Positions 1-18,101 of a stretch of 64,000 nucleotides of DNA are shown here, in pieces (position 1 is the stretch's first letter; each line of letters starts with the position of its first letter). The notes beneath the pieces were generated by a model. It did no database searches and was not told the origin of the DNA. It saw only the letters and a list, made by a program, of their open reading frames with translations. The translations under genes and the position numbers were made by a program. The DNA comes from the human T2T-CHM13v2.0 reference genome, Homo sapiens: the NCBI RefSeq assembly GCF_009914755.1, contig NC_060948.1; one strand, written 5' to 3'.

Positions 1-1176
<1,176 letters not shown>

Positions 1177-1748
1177 AGATCCATATTTTTTAAATGAAAA
1201 AAAATTTCAAAGGTACTCTGCTTGGTACAATAATCAAATGTATAAACTGAGGAATAAAACATAACCATGAAACCTACTTATAACTGCATATGGAAAATAC
1301 AGAGGATAATTTTTTAAATAACATATTTTGAAAGCCTTAACTAGTAATTTGAAGAGTTGGCATTTGAAAGGCCAGTATGAATATACCTTCAAAGCAGCAA
1401 CACAGGTTCCCCATGAGAAAAAGCAAACACAGGGAAAATAAAAACACAAAGGTTCAATCTCTTCTGACCTTTGAAAGACACAGCACAGACAGTGGTCCTT
1501 AGGACGAAGAGCAGGAGACCCCTAATTCCGTCACCATGGCGATAGGGCATAAACATTGCTGGGTGAGGGCACAATCCACATTGTGAGGTCCAACTGCTGC
1601 CAGGAAGACAGGAGTGCTTTTACATAGACCGAAAGGTCATTGAAGGCTCAGAGTTTTGTTTCAAGAACTGAATCCCAAGCCCACACGTTATTAGGCTGCG
1701 CTTCTTAAAACAAGTTATGAGATGGGAAAAAGGGCACCCACAAACATA
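1177..1748. repeat. HSATI-type non-Alu segment of the DYZ2 unit (representative copy; follows every complete Alu; boundaries approximate)
   Basis: Complex, moderate-GC segment of about 570 bp between the Alu 5' end (GAGCCA) and the AT-rich block (after GGGCACCCACAAACATA). Nearly identical in all 26 copies. The HSATI label comes from knowledge of DYZ2 structure, not from an alignment. Confidence 0.8.
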
Positions 1749-3297
1749 CGTATACATTATGTATATAATAATATACAGTATCATATATATAATATATGTA
1801 ACCTATGTATAATATTGTTTTACATCCTGCATCTTATGTTATATATATTGTATAAAATATAATAATTGATAATATATAAGTTTTATAATTATACAATATG
1901 ACATATAGTATATATTATAATTTATGACATATATAATATATGTTATATATCATATATAGAATATATTATACGGTTAATATACGTATTAAATATAAATTAT
2001 ACATTATATATATTATATATAATATATCTGTTATATATAATACCCATTATGCATAATATATATATTATGTCTATGTTATATATAGTATAAAACAACATAT
2101 AATAATATATAATTGTATATATAAAATGCGACATATAATATATATTATATTTTATAACATATGTAATATATATTATATATAATACGTTGTATGTATAATA
2201 CCTATATTAAATATATATTATATGACTATGTTATTAATTACATGTCACATGTGTTATATATTATATATTTTACATAGAATATACCGGTTACATACAATAT
2301 ATACTATGTTACCTATAACGTATAATTTATTACATGTAAAATAAAGAATGCAATATATTATGTAAAATTTATAATATACAATATGTGGAATGTGATATAT
2401 ATAACATATAATATATGATATATGATATACAGTATATGATATATAACATACAATATATGATTCCTAATATATATAATATACAATATATATTTTATGATAT
2501 GTATTCTATATGTTTTATATTCTGTTATATTTAACTATTTGAAATTATATATAACTGTATAATATTTTATGTAAATATGTAATATAATATATATAACTAT
2601 ATAATATATTATATATATCTATATATTATGTTATATATACTTTTATAACATAATTTACATAAAATATCATAATATAATATATATTATATTATTTCATATT
2701 ACATAATATATATTACATATCACCCAATATAACTAACATACATAATATTATAATATAGATTATATTATGTTATATTAAATATCATATATATCATGTATCA
2801 TATATTCTATAATATATATTACACATTATATAATATGTATGTTGTCTATTATGTGATATATATAACTATATATATAATTATATTTTTATACATATAACTA
2901 GATAAACATGTAATTCTACATATTTTCATTTATAATATGTAGAATTATATAATCATATATTATTATTTATATTCTATAAAAAATTTTATCATTATATAAA
3001 TTATAATATATAAAAATTATAATATATACTACAAATATATATATTATATATCATATATGATATAGTACCTTTGTTATATATCATAATACATATAAATGTG
3101 TATTATGTTATCTATAATTATATGATTTCATATATAAGATGTATAATATGTATCATATATTATATATGTTATGTAATATATATAGTATATATAAGATGAC
3201 ACAGGATAAATATTATATACTATGACATATAAAATATATGAGGTTATATGTTACATATAAGGCATAGCACATAACATGTAATATATATCATATATTA
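1749..3297. repeat. AT-rich degenerate simple-sequence block of DYZ2 (representative complete copy, about 1.55 kb; one per unit)
   Basis: Low-complexity AT-rich sequence reproduced almost base for base in each unit; most unit-length indels map here. Confidence 0.9.
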
Positions 3298-3589
3298 TTT
3301 TTTTTTAGACAGAATCTTGTCCTGTTGCACAGGGTGGGGTACAATGGAGCCATCTTTGCTCACTGCAACTTCTGCCTCACGGGTCCAAGCGATTGTCCTC
3401 CCTCAGCCTCCCAGGTAGCTGGGACTACACCACACTGGGACTACACCAGCTGCCACCATGCCTAGCTAATTTTTTGGATTTTTAGTAGTGACAGCGTTTC
3501 ACTGTATTGGCCAGGATGGTCTTGATCTCTTCACCTTGTGATCCCCTTGCCTTGGCCTCCAAATTTGCTGGGATTACAGGCCTGAGCCA
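3298..3589 (-). mobile_element. Alu copy 2
   Basis: Same antisense Alu as 885-1176. Confidence 0.92.
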
Positions 3590-5717
3590 AGATCCATATT
3601 TTTTAAATGAAAAAAAATTTCAAAGGTACTCTGCTTGGTACAATAATCAAATGTATAAACTGAGGAATAAAACATAACCATGAAACCTACTTATAACTGC
3701 ATATGGAAAATACAGAGGATAATTTTTTAAATAACATATTTTGAAAGCCTTAACTAGTAATTTGAAGAGTTGGCATTTGAAAGGCCAGTATGAATATACC
3801 TTCAAAGCAGCAACACAGGTTCCCCATGAGAAAAAGCAAACACAGGGAAAATAAAAACACAAAGGTTCAATCTCTTCTGACCTTTGAAAGACACAGCACA
3901 GACAGTGGTCCTTAGGACGAAGAGCAGGAGACCCCTAATTCCGTCACCATGGCGATAGGGCATAAACATTGCTGGGTGAGGGCACAATCCACATTGTGAG
4001 GTCCAACTGCTGCCAGGAAGACAGGAGTGCTTTTACATAGACCGAAAGGTCATTGAAGGCTCAGAGTTTTGTTTCAAGAACTGAATCCCAAGCCCACACG
4101 TTATTAGGCTGCGCTTCTTAAAACAAGTTATGAGATGGGAAAAAGGGCACCCACAAACATACGTATACATTATGTATATAATAATATACAGTATCATATA
4201 TATAATATATATATCCTATGTATAATATTGTTTTACATCCTGCATCTTATGTTATATATATTGTATAAAATATAATAATTGATAATATATAAGTTTTATA
4301 ATTATACAATATGACATATAGTATATATTATAATTTATGACATATATAATATATGTTATATATCATATATAGAATATATTATACGGTTAATATACGTATT
4401 AAATATAAATTATACATTATATATATTACATATAATATATCTGTTATATATAATACCCATTATGCATAATATATATATTATGTCTATGTTATATATAGTA
4501 CAAAACAACATATAATAATATATAATTGTATATATAAAATGCGACATAAAATATATATTATATTTTATAACATATGTAATATATATTATATATTATATAT
4601 AATACGTTGTATGTATAATACCTATATTAAATATATATTATATGACTATGTTATTAATTACATGTCACATGTGTTATATATTATATATTTTACATAGAAT
4701 ATACCGGTTACATACAATATATACTATGACACCTATAATGTATAATTTATTACATGTAAAATAAAGAATGCAATATATTATGTATAATTTATAATATACA
4801 ATATGTGGAATGTGATATATATAACATATAATATATGATATATGATATACAGTATATGATATATGACATACAATATATGATTCCTAATATATATGGTATA
4901 CAATACATATTTTATGATATGTATTCTATATGTTTTATATTCTGTTACATATAACTATTGGAAATTATATATAACTGTATAATATTTTATGTAAATATGT
5001 AATATAATATATATAACTATATAATATATTATATATAACTATATATTATGTTATATATACTTTTATAACATAATTTACATAAAATAGCATAATATAATAT
5101 ATATTATATTATTTCATATTACATAATATATATTACATATCAACCAATATAACTAACATACATAATATTATAATATAGATTATATTATGTTATATTAAAT
5201 ATCATATATGTCATGTATCATATATTCTATAATATATATTACACATTATATAATATGTATGTTGTCTATTATGTGATATATATAACTATATATATAATTA
5301 TATTTTTATACATATAACTAGATAAACATGTAATTCTACATATTTTCATTTATAATATGTAGAATTATATAATCATATATAATTATTTATATTCTATAAA
5401 AAATTTTATCATTATATAAATTATAATATATAAAAATTATAATATGTACTACAAATATATATATTATATATCATATATGATATAGTACCTTTGTTATATA
5501 TCATAATACATATAAATGTGTATTATGTTATCTATAATTATATAATTTCATATATAAGATGTATAATATGTATCATATATTATATATGTTATGTAATATA
5601 TATAGTATATATAAGATGACACAGGATAAATATTATATACTATGACATATAAAATATATGAGGTTATATGTTACATATAAGGCATAGCACATAACATGTA
5701 ATATATATCATATATAA

Positions 5718-6009
5718 TTGTTTTTTAGACAGAATCTTGTCCTGTTGCACAGGGTGCGGTACAATGGCGCCATCTTTGCTCACTGCAACTTCTGCCTCAC
5801 GGGTCCAAGCGATTGTCCTCCCTCAGCCTCCCAGGTAGCTGGGACTACACCACACTGGGACTACACCAGCTGCCACCATGCCTAGCTAATTTTTTGGATT
5901 TTTAGTAGTGACAGCGTTTCACTGTATTGGCCAGGATGGTCTTGATCTCTTCACCTTGTGATCCCCTTGCCTTGGCCTCCAAATTTGCTGGGATTACAGG
6001 CCTGAGCCA
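5718..6009 (-). mobile_element. Alu copy 3
   Basis: Same Alu; GGGTGCGGT variant. Confidence 0.92.
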
Positions 6010-8137
6010 AGATCCATATTTTTTAAATGAAAAAAAATTTCAAAGGTACTCTGCTTGGTACAATAATCAAATGTATAAACTGAGGAATAAAACATAACCA
6101 TGAAACCTACTTATAACTGCATATGGAAAATACAGAGGATAATTTTTTAAATAACATATTTTGAAAGCCTTAACTAGTAATTTGAAGAGTTGGCATTTGA
6201 AAGGCCAGTATGAATATACCTTCAAAGCAGCAACACAGGTTCCCCATGAGAAAAAGCAAACACAGGGAAAATAAAAACACAAAGGTTCAATCTCTTCTGA
6301 CCTTTGAAAGACACAGCACAGACAGTGGTCCTTAGGACGAAGAGCAGGAGACCCCTAATTCCGTCACCATGGCGATAGGGCATAAACATTGCTGGGTGAG
6401 GGCACAATCCACATTGTGAGGTCCAACTGCTGCCAGGAAGACAGGAGTGCTTTTACATAGACCGAAAGGTCATTGAAGGCTCAGAGTTTTGTTTCAAGAA
6501 CTGAATCCCAAGCCCACACGTTATTAGGCTGCGCTTCTTAAAACAAGTTATGAGATGGGAAAAAGGGCACCCACAAACATACGTATACATTATGTATATA
6601 ATAATATACAGTATCATATATATAATATATATAACCTATGTATAATATTGTTTTACATCCTGCATCTTATGTTATATATATTGTATAAAATATAATAATT
6701 GATAATATATAAGTTTTATAATTATACAATATGACATATAGTATATATTATAATTTATGACATATAAAATATATGTTATATATCATATATAGAATATATT
6801 ATACGGTTAATATACGTATTAAATATAAATTATACATTATATATATTACATATAATATATCTGTTATATATAATACCCATTATGCATAATATATATATTA
6901 TGTCTATGTTATATATAGTACAAAACAACATATAATAATATATAATTGTATATATAAAATGCGACATAAAATATATATTATATTTTATAACATATGTAAT
7001 ATATATTATATATTATATATAATACGTTGTATGTATAATACCTATATTATATATATATTATATGACTATGTTATTAATTACATGTCACATGTGTTATATA
7101 TTATATATTTTACATAGAATATACCGGTTACATACAATATATACTATGACACCTATAATGTATAATTTATTACATGTAAAATAAAGAATGCAATATATTA
7201 TGTATAATTTATAATATACAATATGTGGAATGTGATATATATAACATATAATATATGATATATGATATACAGTATATGATATATGACATACAATATATGA
7301 TTCCTAATATATATGGTATACAATACATATTTTATGATATGTATTCTATATGTTTTATATTCTGTTACATATAACTATTGGAAATTATATATAACTGTAT
7401 AATATTTTATGTAAATATGTAATATAATATATATAACTATATAATATATTATATATAACTATATATTATGTTATATATACTTTTATAACATAATTTACAT
7501 AAAATAGCATAATATAATATATATTATATTATTTCATATTACATAATATATATTACATATCAACCAATATAACTAACATACATAATATTATAATATAGAT
7601 TATATTATGTTATATTAAATATCATATATGTCATGTATCATATATTCTATAATATATATTACACATTATATAATATGTATGTTGTCTATTATGTGATATA
7701 TATAACTATATATATAATTATATTTTTATACATATAACTAGATAAACATGTAATTCTACATATTTTCATTTATAATATGTAGAATTATATAATCATATAT
7801 AATTATTTATATTCTATAAAAAATTTTATCATTATATAAATTATAATATATAAAAATTATAATATGTACTACAAATATATATATTATATATCATATATGA
7901 TATAGTACCTTTGTTATATATCATAATACATATAAATGTGTATTATGTTATCTATAATTATATAATTTCATATATAAGATGTATAATATGTATCATATAT
8001 TATATATGTTATGTAATATATATAGTATATATAAGATGACACAGGATAAATATTATATACTATGACATATAAAATATATGAGGTTATATGTTACATATAA
8101 GGCATAGCACATAACATGTAATATATATCATATATAA

Positions 8138-8429
8138 TTGTTTTTTAGACAGAATCTTGTCCTGTTGCACAGGGTGCGGTACAATGGCGCCATCTTTGCT
8201 CACTGCAACTTCTGCCTCACGGGTCCAAGCGATTGTCCTCCCTCAGCCTCCCAGGTAGCTGGGACTACACCACACTGGGACTACACCAGCTGCCACCATG
8301 CCTAGCTAATTTTTTGGATTTTTAGTAGTGACAGCGTTTCACTGTATTGGCCAGGATGGTCTTGATCTCTTCACCTTGTGATCCCCTTGCCTTGGCCTCC
8401 AAATTTGCTGGGATTACAGGCCTGAGCCA
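8138..8429 (-). mobile_element. Alu copy 4
   Basis: Same Alu; GGGTGCGGT variant. Confidence 0.92.
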
Positions 8430-10556
8430 AGATCCATATTTTTTAAATGAAAAAAAATTTCAAAGGTACTCTGCTTGGTACAATAATCAAATGTATAAAC
8501 TGAGGAATAAAACATAACCATGAAACCTACTTATAACTGCATATGGAAAATACAGAGGATAATTTTTTAAATAACATATTTTGAAAGCCTTAACTAGTAA
8601 TTTGAAGAGTTGGCATTTGAAAGGCCAGTATGAATATACCTTCAAACAGCAACACAGGTTCCCCATGAGAAAAAGCAAACACAGGGAAAATAAAAACACA
8701 AAGGTTCAATCTCTTCTGACCTTTGAAAGACACAGCACAGACAGTGGTCCTTAGGACGAAGAGCAGGAGACCCCTAATTCCGTCACCATGGCGATAGGGC
8801 ATAAACATTGCTGGGTGAGGGCACAATCCACATTGTGAGGTCCAACTGCTGCCAGGAAGACAGGAGTGCTTTTACATAGACCGAAAGGTCATTGAAGGCT
8901 CAGAGTTTTGTTTCAAGAACTGAATCCCAAGCCCACACGTTATTAGGCTGCGCTTCTTAAAACAAGTTATGAGATGGGAAAAAGGGCACCCACAAACATA
9001 CGTATACATTATGTATATAATAATATACAGTATCATATATATAATATATATATCCTATGTATAATATTGTTTTACATCCTGCATCTTATGTTATATATAT
9101 TGTATAAAATATAATAATTGATAATATATAAGTTTTATAATTATACAATATGACATATAGTATATATTATAATTTATGACATATATAATATATGTTATAT
9201 ATCATATATAGAATATATTATACGGTTAATATACGTATTAAATATAAATTATACATTATATATATTACATATAATATATCTGTTATATATAATACCCATT
9301 ATGCATAATATATATATTATGTCTATGTTATATATAGTATAAAACAACATATAATAATATATAATTGTATATATAAAATGCGACATAAAATATATATTAT
9401 ATTTTATAACATATGTAATATATATTATATATTATATATAATACGTTGTATGTATAATACCTATATTAAATATACATTATATGACTATGTTATTAATTAC
9501 ATGTCACATGTGTTATATATTATATATTTTACATAGAATATACCGGTTACATAAAATATATACTATGACACCTATAATGTATAATTTATTACATGTAAAA
9601 TAAAGAATGCAATATATTATGTATAATTTATAATATACAATATGTGGAATGTGATATATATAACATATAATATATGATATATGATATACAGTATATGATA
9701 TATGACATACAATATATGATTCCTAATATATATGGTATACAATACATATTTTATGATATGTATTCTATATGTTTTATATTCTGTTACATATAACTATTGG
9801 AAATTATATATAACTGTATAATATTTTATGTAAATATGTAATATAATATATATAACTATATAATATATTATATATAAATATATATTATGTTATATATACT
9901 TTTATAACATAATTTACATAAAACAGCATAATATAATATATATTATATTATTTCATATTACATAATATATATTACATATCAACCAATATAACTAACATAC
10001 ATAATATTATAATATAGATTATATTATGTTATATTAAATATCATATATGTCATGTATCATATATTCTATAATATATATTACACATTATATAATATGTATG
10101 TTGTCTATTATGTGATATATATAACTATATATATAATTATATTTTTATACATATAACTAGATAAACATGTAATTCTACATATTTTCATTTATATTATGTA
10201 GAATTATATAATCATATATAATTATTTATATTCTATAAAAAATTTTATCATTATATAAATTATAATATATAAAAATTATAATATGTACTACAAATATATA
10301 TATTATATATCATATATGATATAGTACCTTTGTTATATATCATAATACATATAAATGTGTATTATGTTATCTATAATTATATAATTTCATATATAAGATG
10401 TATAATATTTATCATATATTATATATGTTATGTAATATATATAGTATATATAAGATGACACAGGATAAATATTATATACTATGACATATAAAATATATGA
10501 GGTTATATGTTACATATAAGGCATAGCACATAACATGTAATATATATCATATATAA

Positions 10557-10848
10557 TTGTTTTTTAGACAGAATCTTGTCCTGTTGCACAGGGTGCGGTA
10601 CAATGGCGCCATCTTTGCTCACTGCAACTTCTGCCTCACGGGTCCAAGCGATTGTCCTCCCTCAGCCTCCCAGGTAGCTGGGACTACACCACACTGGGAC
10701 TACACCAGCTGCCACCATGCCTAGCTAATTTTTTGGATTTTTAGTAGTGACAGCGTTTCACTGTATTGGCCAGGATGGTCTTGATCTCTTCACCTTGTGA
10801 TCCCCTTGCCTTGGCCTCCAAATTTGCTGGGATTACAGGCCTGAGCCA
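10557..10848 (-). mobile_element. Alu copy 5
   Basis: Same Alu; GGGTGCGGT variant. Confidence 0.92.
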
Positions 10849-12950
10849 AGATCCATATTTTTTAAATGAAAAAAAATTTCAAAGGTACTCTGCTTGGTAC
10901 AATAATCAAATGTATAAACTGAGGAATAAAACATAACCATGAAACCTACTTATAACTGCATATGGAAAATACAGAGGATAATTTTTTAAATAACATATTT
11001 TGAAAGCCTTAACTAGTAATTTGAAGAGTTGGCATTTGAAAGGCCAGTATGAATATACCTTCAAAGCAGCAACACAGGTTCCCCATGAGAAAAAGCAAAC
11101 ACAGGGAAAATAAAAACACAAAGGTTCAATCTCTTCTGACCTTTGAAAGACACAGCACAGACAGTGGTCCTTAGGACAAAGAGCAGGAGACCCCTAATTC
11201 CGTCACCATGGCGATAGGGCATAAACATTGCTGGGTGAGGGCACAATCCACATTGTGAGGTCCAACTGCTGCCAGGAAGACAGGAGTGCTTTTACATAGA
11301 CCGAAAGGTCATTGAAGGCTCAGAGTTTTGTTTCAAGAACTGAATCCCAAGCCCACACGTTATTAGGCTGCGCTTCTTAAAACAAGTTATGAGATGGGAA
11401 AAAGGGCACCCACAAACATACGTATACATTATGTATATAATAATAAACAGTATCATATATATAATATATATAACCTATGTATAATATTGTTTTACATCCT
11501 GCATCTTATGTTATATATATTGTATAAAATATACTAATTGATAGTATATAAGTTTTATGATTATACAATATGACATATAGTATATATTATAATTTATGAC
11601 ATATATAATATATGTTATATATCATATATAGAATATATTATACGGTTAATATACGTATTAAATATAAATTATACATTATATATATTATATATAATATATC
11701 TGTTATATATAATACCCATTATGCATAATATATATATTATGTCTATGTTATATATAGTATAAAACAACATATAATAATATATAATTGTATATATAAAATG
11801 CGACATATATATATTATATTTTATAACATATGAAATATATATTATATATTATATATAATACGTTGTATGTATAATACCTATATTAAATATATATTATATG
11901 ACTATGTTATTGATTACATGTCACATGTGTTATATATTATATATTTTACATAGAATATACCGGTTACATACAATATATACCATGTTACCTATAATGTATA
12001 ATTTATTACATGTAAAATAAAGAATGCAATATATTATGTATAATTTATAATATACAATATGTGGAATGTGATATATATCACATATAATATATGATATATG
12101 ATATACAGTATATGATATATAACATACAATATATGATTCCTAATATATATGGTATACAATATATATTTTATGATATGTATTCTATATGTTTTATATTCTG
12201 TTATATATAACTATTTGAAATTATATATAACTGTATAATATTTTATGTAAATATGTAATATAATATATATAACTATATAATATATTATATATAACTATAT
12301 ATTATGTTATATATACTTTTATAACATAATTTACATAAAATATCATAATATAATATATATTATATTATTTCATATTACATAATATATATTACATATCACC
12401 CAATATAGCTAACATACATAATATTATAATATAGATTATATTGTTTTATATTAAATATCATATATATCATGTATCATATATTCTATAATATATATTACAC
12501 ATTATATAATATGTATGTTGTCTATTATGTGATATATATAACTATATATATAATTATATTTTTATACATATAACTAGATAAACATGTAATTCTACATATT
12601 TTCATTTATAATATGTAGAATTATATAATCATATATAATTATTTATATTCTATAAAAAATTTTATCATTATATAAATTATAATATATAAAAATTATAATA
12701 TGTACTAGAAATATATATATTATATATCATATATGATATAGTACCTTTGTTATATTTCATAATACATATAAATGTGTATTATGTTATCTATAATTATATA
12801 ATTTCATATATAAGATGTATAATATGTATCATATATTATAGATGTTATGTAATATATATAGTATATATAAGATGACACAGGATAAATATTATATACTATG
12901 ACATATAAAATATATGAGGTTATATGCTACATATAAGGCATAGCACATAA

Positions 12951-13265
<315 letters not shown>

Positions 13266-15369
13266 AGATCCATATTTTTTAAATGAAAAAAAATTTCAAA
13301 GGTACTCTGCTTGGTACAATAATCAAATGTATAAACTGAGGAATAAAACATAACCATGAAACCTACTTATAACTGCATATGGAAAATACAGAGGATAATT
13401 TTTTAAATAACATATTTTGAAAGCCTTAACTAGTAATTTGAAGAGTTGGCATTTGAAAGGCCAGTATGAATATACCTTCAAAGCAGCAACACAGGTTCCC
13501 CATGAGAAAAAGCAAACACAGGGAAAATAAAAACACAAAGGTTCAATCTCTTCTGACCTTTGAAAGACACAGCACAGACAGTGGTCCTTAGGACGAAGAG
13601 CAGGAGACCCCTAATTCCGTCACCATGGCGATAGGGCATAAACATTGCTGGGTGAGGGCACAATCCACATTGTGAGGTCCAACTGCTGCCAGGAAGACAG
13701 GAGTGCTTTTACATAGACCGAAAGGTCATTGAAGGCTCAGAGTTTTGTTTCAAGAACTGAATCCCAAGCCCACTCGTTATTACGCTGCGCTTCTTAAAAC
13801 AAGTTATGAGATGGGAAAAAGGGCACCCACAAACATACGTATACATTATGTATATAATAATATACAGTATCATATATATAATATATATAACCTATGTATA
13901 ATATTGTTTTACATCCTGCATCTTATGTTATATATATTGTATAAAATATAATAATTGATAATATATAAGTTTTATAATTATACAATATGACATATAGTAT
14001 ATATTATAATTTATGACATATATAATATATGTTATATATCATATATAGAATATATTATACGGTTAATATACGTATTAAATATAAATTATACATTATATAT
14101 ATTATATATAATATATCTGTTATATATAATACCCATTATGCATAATATATATATTATGTCTATGTTAAATATAGTATAAAACAACATATAATAATATATA
14201 ATTGTATATATAAAATGCGACATATAATATATATTATATTTTATAACATATGAAATATATATTATATATTATATATAATACGTTGTATGTATAATACCTA
14301 TATTAAATATATATTATATGACTATGTTATTGATTACATGTCACATGTGTTATATATTATATATTTTACATAGAATATACCGGTTACATACAATATATAC
14401 CATGTTACCTATAATGTATAATTTATTACATGTAAAATAAAGAATGCAATATATTATGTATAATTTATAATATACAATATGTGGAATGTGATATATATAA
14501 CATATAATATATGATATATGATATACAGTATATGATATATAACATACAATATATGATTCCTAATATATATGGTATACAATATATATTTTATGATATGTAT
14601 TCTATATGTTTTATATTCTGTTATATATAACTATTTGAAATTATATATAACTGTATAATATTTTATGTAAATATGTAATATAATATATATAACTATATAA
14701 TATATTATATATAACTATATATTATGTTATATATACTTTTATAACATAATTTACATAAAATATCATAATATAATATATATTATATTATTTCATATTACAT
14801 AAAATATATTACATATCACCCAATATAACTAACATACATAATATTATAATATAGATTATATTATGTTATAATAAATATCATATATATCATATATCATATA
14901 TTCTATAATATATATTACACATTATATAATATGTATGTTGTCTATTATGTGATATATATAACTATATATATAATTATATTTTTATACATATAACTAGATA
15001 AACATGTAATTCTACATATTTTCATTTATAATATGTAGAATTATATAATCATATATAATTATTTATATTCTAAAAAAATTTTATCATTATATAAATTATA
15101 ATATATAAAAATTATAATATGTACTACAAATATATATATTATATATCATATATGCTATAGTACCTTTGTTATATATCATAATACATATAAATGTGTATTA
15201 TGTTATCTATAATTATATAATTTCATATATAAGTTGTATAATATGTATCATATATTATATATGTTATGTAATATATATAGTATATATAAGATGACACAGG
15301 ATAAATATTATATACTATGACATATAAAATATTTGAGGTTATATGTTACATATAAGGCATAGCACATAA

Positions 15370-15684
<315 letters not shown>

Positions 15685-17786
15685 AGATCCATATTTTTTA
15701 AATGAAAAAAAATTTCAAAGGTACTCTGCTTGGTACAATAATCAAATGTATAAACTGAGGAATAAAACATAACCATGAAACCTACTTATAACTGCATATG
15801 GAAAATACAGAGGATAATTTTTTAAATAACATATTTTGAAAGCCTTAACTAGTAATTTGAAGAGTTGGCATTAGAAAGGCCAGTATGAATATACCTTCAA
15901 AGCAGCAACACAGGTTCCCCATGAGAAAAAGCAAACACAGGGAAAATAAAAACACAAAGGTTCAATCTCTTCTGACCTTTGAAAGACACAGCACAGACAG
16001 TGGTCCTTAGGACGAAGAGCAGGAGACCCCACTTCCGTCACCATGGCGATAGGGCATAAACATTGCTGGGTGAGGGCACAATCCACATTGTGAGGTCCAA
16101 CTGCTGCCAGGAAGACAGGAGTGCTTTTACATAGACCGAAAGGTCATTGAAGGCTCAGAGTTTTGTTTCAAGAACTGAATCCCAAGCCCACACGTTATTA
16201 GGCTGCGCTTCTTAAAACAAGTTATGAGATGGGAAAAAGGGCACCCACAAACATACGTATACATTATGTATATAATAATATACAGTATCATATATATAAT
16301 ATATATAACCTATGTATAATATTGTTTTACATCCTGCATCTTATGTTATATATATTGTATAAAATATAATAATTGATAATATATAAGTTTATATTTATAC
16401 AATATGACATATAGTATATATTATAATTTATGACATATATAATATATGTTATATGTCATATATAGAATATATTATACGGTTAATATACGTATTAAATATA
16501 AATTATACATTATATATATTATATATAATATATCTGTTATATATAATACCCATTATGCATAATATATATATTATGTCTATGTTATATATAGTATAAAACA
16601 ACATATAATAATATATAATTGTATATATAAAATGCGACATATAATATATATTATATTTTATAACATATGTAATATATATTATATATTATATATAATACGT
16701 TGTATGTATAATACCTATATTAAATATATATTATATGACTATGTTATTAATTACATGTCACATGTGTTATATATTATATATTTTACATAGAATATACCGG
16801 TTACATACAATATATACTATGTTACCTATAATGTATAATTTATTACATGTAAAATAAAGAATGCAATATATTATGTAAAATTTATAATATACCATATGTG
16901 GAATGTGATATATATAACATATAATATATGATATATGATGTACAGTATATGATATATAACATACAATATATGATTCCTAATATATATGGTATACAATATA
17001 TATTTTATGATATGTATTCTATATGTTTTATATTCTGTTATATATAACTATTTGAAATTATATATAACTGTATAATATTTTATGTAAATATGTAATATAA
17101 TATATATAACTATATAATATATTATATATAACTATATATTATGTTATATATACTTTTATAACATAATTTACATAAAATATCATAATATAATATATATTAT
17201 ATTATTTCATATTACATAAAATATATTACATATCACCCAATATAACTAACATACATAATATTATAATATAGATTATATTATGTTATAATAAATATCATAT
17301 ATATCATATATCATATATTCTATAATATATATTACACATTATATAATATGTATGTTGTCTATTATGTGATATATATAACTATATATATAATTATATTTTT
17401 ATACATATAACTAGATAAACATGTAATTCTACATATTTTCATTTATAATATGTAGAATTATATAATCATATATAATTATTTATATTCTAAAAAAATTTTA
17501 TCATTATATAAATTATAATATATAAAAATTATAATATGTACTACAAATATATATATTATATATCATATATGCTATAGTACCTTTGTTATATATCATAATA
17601 CATATAAATGTGTATTATGTTATCTATAATTATATAATTTCATATATAAGTTGTATAATATGTATCATATATTATATATGTTATGTAATATATATAGTAT
17701 ATATAAGATGACACAGGATAAATATTATATACTATGACATATAAAATATTTGAGGTTATATGTTACATATAAGGCATAGCACATAA

Positions 17787-18101
<315 letters not shown>

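Noticed and set aside
1234-1574. Recurring 71-aa and 61-aa minus-strand ORFs in nearly every unit
   Set aside because: Their recurrence only reflects satellite homogeneity. They overlap, resemble no protein family I recognise, the 71-aa ORF begins at a non-ATG codon, and they are freely frameshifted or stopped (8487-8826, 15871, about 47350).
1570-1585. Small hairpin CACAAT-CCAC-ATTGTG
   Set aside because: A 6-bp stem is expected by chance; no RNA gene or terminator context.
1531-1586. Kozak-like TCACCATGG with a 16-codon ORF; also GCCACCATG inside the Alu
   Set aside because: Tiny ORFs (16 and 3 codons) with no supporting promoter or splice structure; the Alu ATG arises from CpG decay of CCACCACG.
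1749-3297. TATA boxes and AATAAA polyadenylation signals
   Set aside because: Expected by chance in very AT-rich DNA; no associated transcription unit.
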